Source: Lama glama
Taxonomy: Eukaryota
Direction of reading: 5' to 3'
NCBI GenBank assembly: GCA_028534125.1
Contig: CM052818.1
Location: 34,474,001-34,538,000, forward strand
Length of the DNA stretch: 64,000 nucleotides
Shown here: positions 57,666 to 64,000 of the stretch, one piece after another
Layout: each line of letters begins with the position of its first letter
Numbering within the stretch: the stretch's first letter is position 1
Translations under genes and position numbers: made by a program
Notes under the pieces: generated by a model
Database searches by the model: none
The model's input: the letters and a program-made list of their open reading frames with translations, nothing else
Told to the model about the DNA's origin: nothing

Positions 57666-59475
57666 TAGCTATGATTTCCTGACCTCAGTTTACTCATATC
57701 TAAAATGGGGCTGTACCATTGTTCCCTGGCCCTGGTCCTGCACACGGCCCTAAGCAGTAGCAGCAGAATAGTCTCAGAAGCAGGACTGCAGCCACAGGGA
57801 GCCAGAAGCAAAGGAGCCCCTCCCTGAGGAGTACCAAGGGTGGGGCAGAAAACCCCTGGGGCCTTGGTGTCTCAAGACATTTCCTCGCTGAGAACAAGGA
57901 GAAGAGGTGGAGCTTCTCAGCTTGGCCCCAGACAGGCTGTTCTCCCCACAGGTAAGGAACCGGCAGGGGGGGCTTCTTGAAGTCAGGGGGGCTGGGGTCT
58001 CAGCCATCACAGCAATGAAATAGGGGATGCAAAACACGCTAAGGGACCCCAGTGGGCACCGGGGTGCTTGCAGAGGAACGCAGATGCTTGGTGAGGCAAG
58101 GTGAGAGGGAACTAGGGAGGTGGGCGGGAACAACCAACGGCGCAGCCCGTGCCCTGTGTTTCTAGAAGCAGATTTAGGAATTCAGCAAAGGAAAGGACTT
58201 ACAGATCACCTAGCCTACCCACCACCCATCTCCACTATCCATTTTTTGGATGGGAACACTGAAGTCCTGGATGAGGAATGGACTGAGTCAAGGAATGGAC
58301 AGCTGGTCCCAGCAGAGTCAGCACTGGAACCCAGGACTTCTGATTCCAGGCCCACAATTTCTCCACCACCATGTGCTTGATCACACTGAACAGGCCACAC
58401 TGGCTCAGTGGGAAGGACATGGGGATTAGAGTCAATCAGACTGAGCCCAAACCCCAGCTCCAGCACTTTGTAGTTCTGTGACTCTGAGCAAGTAACTTAA
58501 CCTCTCTGATAGGTTAGGTAGGTTAGGTCGAAGTGTTGGGAAGATCAAATGAGTTTATGCTGAAGCATCTTAGCCTAATGACTAGTGCAGCAAGGATTCA
58601 GAAAATGCGTGCGACTTTCCCTTCCCCCGGGGAGTCGAGCCTGGGCATCTGGAAGCCCACACGTGGGGCGAAGGCTGCCTGGGTGGAGGTCGCAGTCCCT
58701 GATGTGGAGGAAGGGCAAGCATGTCTCCAAGGAGTTTTAACCCCTGTGCGGGAGGAGGAAGGGACCAGAATGAGTCTTCCCCGTGCACTGGGAAGAAACT
58801 AGAGCTGAGAGGAGGAAAGTGGCCCAGGGACCCAGGGACACAGAGCAAGAAGCCCAATCCGGATGCTCAAGGGCACAGCCTGGGCCCAGGTTTGCCGCTC
58901 CACTTTCCCTCAGAGAAAAGCCCAGAATGACCCCCAGATGCCTTCCTCTCCAGAGTATGAGTGTGGGTATCAGATGAGCAGGAGGAAGTGCCGACCCCAT
59001 GCTTTGGGAGGGTGTCCAGGGCCTGGCTCCTCTCCTGAGTGGCACTCTCAGCTCTCGTCACCACATCCCGGACGAGCATCAGGAGTAGGGAGGGGGTCAG
59101 CCGATTTCAGACAGACCACCCCTTGTCCCTGCAGGCAGCCCTGCTTCTGAGGACAAAAGAGTGACCTACACATGGGGGTTACTGAAGGATGCTCTTGTAT
59201 GTGTACAGCGGACCTCAGAGAGCCCACCCCCAGCCAGTGCGCCCACTCCGCCACCTCAGGCACCAGGGAGGAGGAGAGTCACTTGGGGCAGGACCTGGAG
59301 CCAGAGCCTATTCAGCTGACTGAGTCTAGGCTTGTCAGTTTCTGAGCCTCTGTTTTCTCATCTGCAAAATGGGCGAGTAGGGGGAAGCTAGTACCCAGCT
59401 TGCCTTCCTCTAGTGAGTTAAGGTCGTGAAAGCACTTTGTAAAATCCCCAAGTAGCAGAATACATGAGGCTGTGA

Positions 59476-59703
<228 letters not shown>

Positions 59704-60634
59704 TAACAGGCTGGGCCCTCTGCCTGCCCCCTGCCCCCTGCCCCCTCCTCCTAAAGACACAGGGAGGCTGCCTGTGTCTCCTCTAGGCCTGGCTGGGCTC
59801 GGAGTACAGGGCTGGAGAGACATACAAGAAAGGGGAAGGTGTTTCTACAGCTACCCCGACCCTGACCTGCCCTCCCCAGCTCCAGAAACTCACTGAAGAG
59901 ACAACAGGCTGTCTGGGATCAGGCTGAGGGGCCAGGCCTCCCCGCGAACCTGAGGGAGGCAAAGTTCCAGGAGGGTGGGCTCCGACATGAGTGGAAGAGG
60001 CTACATAACTGCCTCCTCAAAGAAGAGGAGACCCTGATCTCTCTGGCCCAAGACTCAGCAGTGCCAGACCGGGTGCAGGCAGCCTGGCCTCCGCCCTGGC
60101 CCGGGGAAGGCCCAAGACAGGGAGGACTCTTCCAGCGGGAGTGAAGCCAAAGGTCCTGGTTGAGACTTGGCCTCTCTTCTGTTGAGAAGACTGCATCCCA
60201 GCACCCTCGGGTCCAGGATTCATACCTGCGAATGTTCAACCACACAGAGAACAAGATGACATTCCAGGCCTGTTCGTTCCAAATGCACTATTTCTACAAA
60301 AAAAGGAAATGCAATTGTATTACTCTTAGAGCCCAGAGAGACAGACTCTAGGCAAATAAAACACTGTCGGCAGGTTCCCAGATCACTGGGCATGATGCGT
60401 AAAGCACAGGTAAGTCCGCGGTGTGACTGGAGGATGGGGGTGGGTTTTCAGAGAGGGGGATGCCCCCTCCCGTTGGAAACCTCTCCCATCTCCTCCCCCT
60501 TCTCCTTTCTAAGTCAGATTTATTCAGTCCCTGTTCTAAAAAGAAACACAGATCCTAAATTAGTGTAATTAAATTTTTTACTTTTATTGTATAAATATAT
60601 TTTCCTTCCTTGCCCTTGAACCACTCACCCCTAA

Positions 60635-60681
60635 ACACACACACACAGACACACAGACACACAGATACAGACACACACACA
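60635..60681. repeat. Compound (CA)n/(CACAGA)n microsatellite
   Basis: acacacacacacagacacacagacacacagatacagacacacacaca read directly. Confidence 0.85.
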
Positions 60682-63600
60682 AGCTTAGGACCCTGGGCCT
60701 TGGGAGCGAGGTGGGGAGTAATAGTAATAAGGTCAAAGGAACCATGCCTGTGGCAAATGTAGCTGGACCTGCAACTGCTGGCCGGCCGTGGGGTGGGCAG
60801 TACCGTACAATGGCATGGACAGAACATGCAATCTGGCCTCAGGAAACAGGATCTGAGTCACAGCTCAGCCTCTTATCAACCCTGTGACCCTTGGCCAGTC
60901 ACTCCTAACCTGTACAGTGGGGCCCAGGACAGTGGGAACCCCCGTGCTGTTGTTGGGGTGCGAAAGGCTACGTACACCACGTAAGGGCTGGTGACAAGCA
61001 GGTTTGGGCAATGCAGAGGGTCAGGAATCTGGCCAGAAATGGTGAAAGGAGGAGCAGGGACCCAGTGGAGAGTGCAGCTGACACTAAGGGTACCACGTGA
61101 TCCCCATCCTCTGTCCCCATAGAGAAAAGAGCTTGTCTAAGACTGCAGGTGGCCTCTGAGAAAGGGTTTTCTGGAAGCCACTTGAGGGCCATTAAATACA
61201 GGGAAAGGAACACTGGCTGTGAATCAGGAGAGCTGAGTTCCATTACATCCCATCCTGACTGCCACTTAACTAACTGAATGACTTTGGGAAAGTCACTAAC
61301 CCTTCCAGGTCAGTAACAGGAATGGGTTGAGCATCCTGGCTCCCCTCCAGCTCTGACCTCCTGAGAGACTCTAGGATACTCCGGGTCCTGCAGGTGGCAC
61401 CCATGAGAAACAACCCTCTGGGAGCTCTGGACAGCCAAGAGGGCAGCCCCGTCTAGGGTAGCTGCCGCTCAGGCAATGCCGAGCCAGGTCCTCTCTCATC
61501 CCGTGCAAGTGGGCCAGCGTGTGCTGGAGAAAGCAGTGAGAGGATATGGTCAAGCAAGACGAGGGGCTTTGGTCCCAGGCCCACAGATAGTCCTGGGCCC
61601 CCAGGAGATGGAGATGGAGAGGCCACTTCCATTCTTCCTCACGATGTAGCACGGGCTTTCTCACCTCTCCCAACCTTCATGCAACCTCTCCCAGGGCAGT
61701 AGCAGGAAGCAGGTGTAGGAGGAAGAGGAGTTTTATCCTGGGGATTGGGAATCAGAGGAGGATGATAACCCCAGTCCGAGCTACTTGTCTTCCCGGGGCC
61801 GCCGCCCTGAGTTGGCAGGGCTGGGTGAGTGTGGGCACAATTTCCCAGCTGCTCAGGGGCTGCCAGCCCAGACCCGGAGAGCACCTTGGGGTGGTGCCAT
61901 GGTCACACGTTCTCCTTCCAGGTCTGGCCATGCAGCCCACGGGCTGGCTGGGGGCAAGGGGTGAGAAGAAGGTGAGCTGGTTTGGAGAATCTGGGCTTTT
62001 CCAGCAGTTTAATTCTAGCTGCCTACATGGGGCCCATGAGTTTGGGGTCATGGAGTGTGAGGTTCCAAGAGGAAACTGGTAGTTGGCCTCACAGCCCTGG
62101 GTGTTATGTCTCACCCTCCTCACATAGGTGCTGGCCAGCCAGGCCGATCAGCTCTGGGGTCTGGGAAGAAGTCACTGTCTTCTGGGCCAAAGAGCCCTCC
62201 AGAAAAAATTGGTCAACAGAGGAACAGGGAGAAGGAAGGGATGTATGTACCTGGGTGCTGACCCCAAGTCTTTCTTTGTCCGCATCTGCCCCTGTCTGCC
62301 CCTCCTGGGAAAGCCCATCACTTTGTAGGTCAAGGTGCCTGATCTACAGGTTGTCCCTCTGTTGTTTTCCCAACAAAAAATCCTCATTGCTGGCAAGCGG
62401 CAGTGTCTCACCTGGTCATCTGGACCCACAGGGCTCTGGTGTGGGAATCCATTCCTACCTGTCTGATGCAGCTGCGTGGGGCACTTGCTGGAGGAGGCTG
62501 GGGCGGGGGTTTGGGAATGAGTGGCAGGAACCAACCTGAAGCCCAAGACTGGTGGCATGAGGAGTCCATTCCATGGATGGCAGAGAAGGCTGATGTGGGA
62601 AAGTCTCCCTCCAAGGCCAGGGTCCCCCCAGCTGGGGTCCTGCCATCCACCCTCACCACCCCCTGGAAGAGGCCTCTGCAGGTACTCCCCCACTTAAAGG
62701 CACTCCCTCCCAAGGCCTTAAGTCTCTTCCCAGAAGTTCCTCCCACTAGACCTCAGGGGATGTCTGCTGGCAGCCCCCACCCCAACACCATCCGCCTCAT
62801 GTCAATCCTCTCCTCCCCTGGTTCCATCAGTCCCAGCCCCTGGTCAGTCACACACCCTCTGAACCACTTTGCCGGCTTCTCTAGTCCCTGCCTCCAAACT
62901 GGAAGCCTCTGATTTCGGCCAGCTCTCTGCACAACACCCCCTGGAATGGTCCGGGAGGCAGTGCAGTGCCATGGAGAACATAGGGCTCGAACCCCAGCTC
63001 GGCTATTTAGAGCCCCACTTTCCCGTCTGTGAGATGGGGGTCCCTGAAGCCTCACAGGAGTGTTAGGATCAAGTGAGATAATACACGTGGGCCGCCCACA
63101 CAGCACCTGGCATGTGGCCAGGGCGCAGCCAGCGTCCCTTTCCGTCCTCCTCCCTCCCCAGCCTCACATTGCCCCACTCCAACCCTTTTCACCCTGAGCA
63201 GCATCTGAACTTTTGGCCCCAAATCCTTCTCAGCTGTGGCCACCCCACCCTACACCAAGGGCTTTGTGAACAACACTGCCGCAGCTGGAGCTCCCTAGCT
63301 GCCTGGGCCTGGGGCAGGGTCTCACTCCCCATGGGGCTCCCCTTGTCTTCCCAGCTGTCTGTGTTGCAGAGAAGGAATGAATTACTAACCCCATGGGCAC
63401 TTTGCTCTCAGAAGCACAAAATCAGGGTTCTGGGCCCTTGCGTGTCCATGTAGATTTCCCCTCCTCCAAGTGTCTGAAGAGAAAGGAGACTTGTGTCCTG
63501 AAGACACACACACATGCACACACACCCAAGGGCCGAGTGTTTGCACACGTGCACCTGCACATATATTCTCTCTCTGCCTGACTCCAGGGAGCTGCACACA

Positions 63601-64000
63601 CCACTGGGTTCTGGGCCAAGGACCACATCTTAGAACAAAGAAAGAAATGCAACTTTGATCTCGCAGCTGCACTCCAGAGACCTGGGGCTTTCGCAGATTC
63701 CCTGTATCTCGTGACTCTATCCACCTCATTTTCTGCAGCTACCTGGCCCTCCAGCCTTCCACGGCCCCACCTCCTTCTGCCCAGCCTCCCTTCCCAGTGT
63801 CCTTGGGGATGAGGGGTTTTCTGCTGGGCTCCCTTCTGCTGGGTCTCATTTGGGGAGAGGGTGAGGAGGGTCCACTCTTCCAGAGATCCCTGGAAGATAG
63901 GTACCTCCCTCCTAGGCCTGGGGCCAGGGGCCACCGGATGTGTGTGCGCGTGGCTGGGCGCTCTGACAGAGCTGGGCATGGGGCGTGTGCCCTGGGTGTG

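Overview
Mammalian genomic DNA, most likely a camelid: it carries two tRNA-Ala-derived SINEs of the Vic-1 type and no Alu, B1, Bov-A or PRE elements that I can see. The window is syntenic with the human CIB4 - C2orf70 (FAM166C/CIMIP2C) - OTOF locus. It contains (i) the last three coding exons and polyA signal of CIB4 on + (4507-6975); (ii) the complete four-exon, 201-aa FAM166C/CIMIP2C gene on - (22538 to 8892), with a CpG-island promoter carrying tandem RFX X-boxes; and (iii) coding exons 1-5 of otoferlin (OTOF) on + (26514-59702; 509 nt of CDS, C2A domain plus linker), which continues past the window. All exon phases join correctly with GT-AG sites. The rest is intronic or intergenic and rich in old repeats (MIR, L2, L1, MaLR, hAT fossils), plus a solo ERV1-type LTR with a 4-bp target-site duplication (TSD) and several microsatellites. 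Almost all ORFs in the supplied track are spurious. I see no prokaryotic, CRISPR or novel protein-coding system. The best leads are regulatory or structural: hair-cell-type transcription factor motif clusters in OTOF (POU4F/GATA in the promoter, and a perfect RFX palindrome fused to a SIX site in intron 3), an in-frame competing splice donor in CIB4, a CpG-rich hairpin and possible alternative first exon in OTOF intron 2, an unexplained 42-bp dispersed direct repeat, and a localized CpG burst inside an old L1. Gene and repeat names come from my recall of the sequences, not from database searches.
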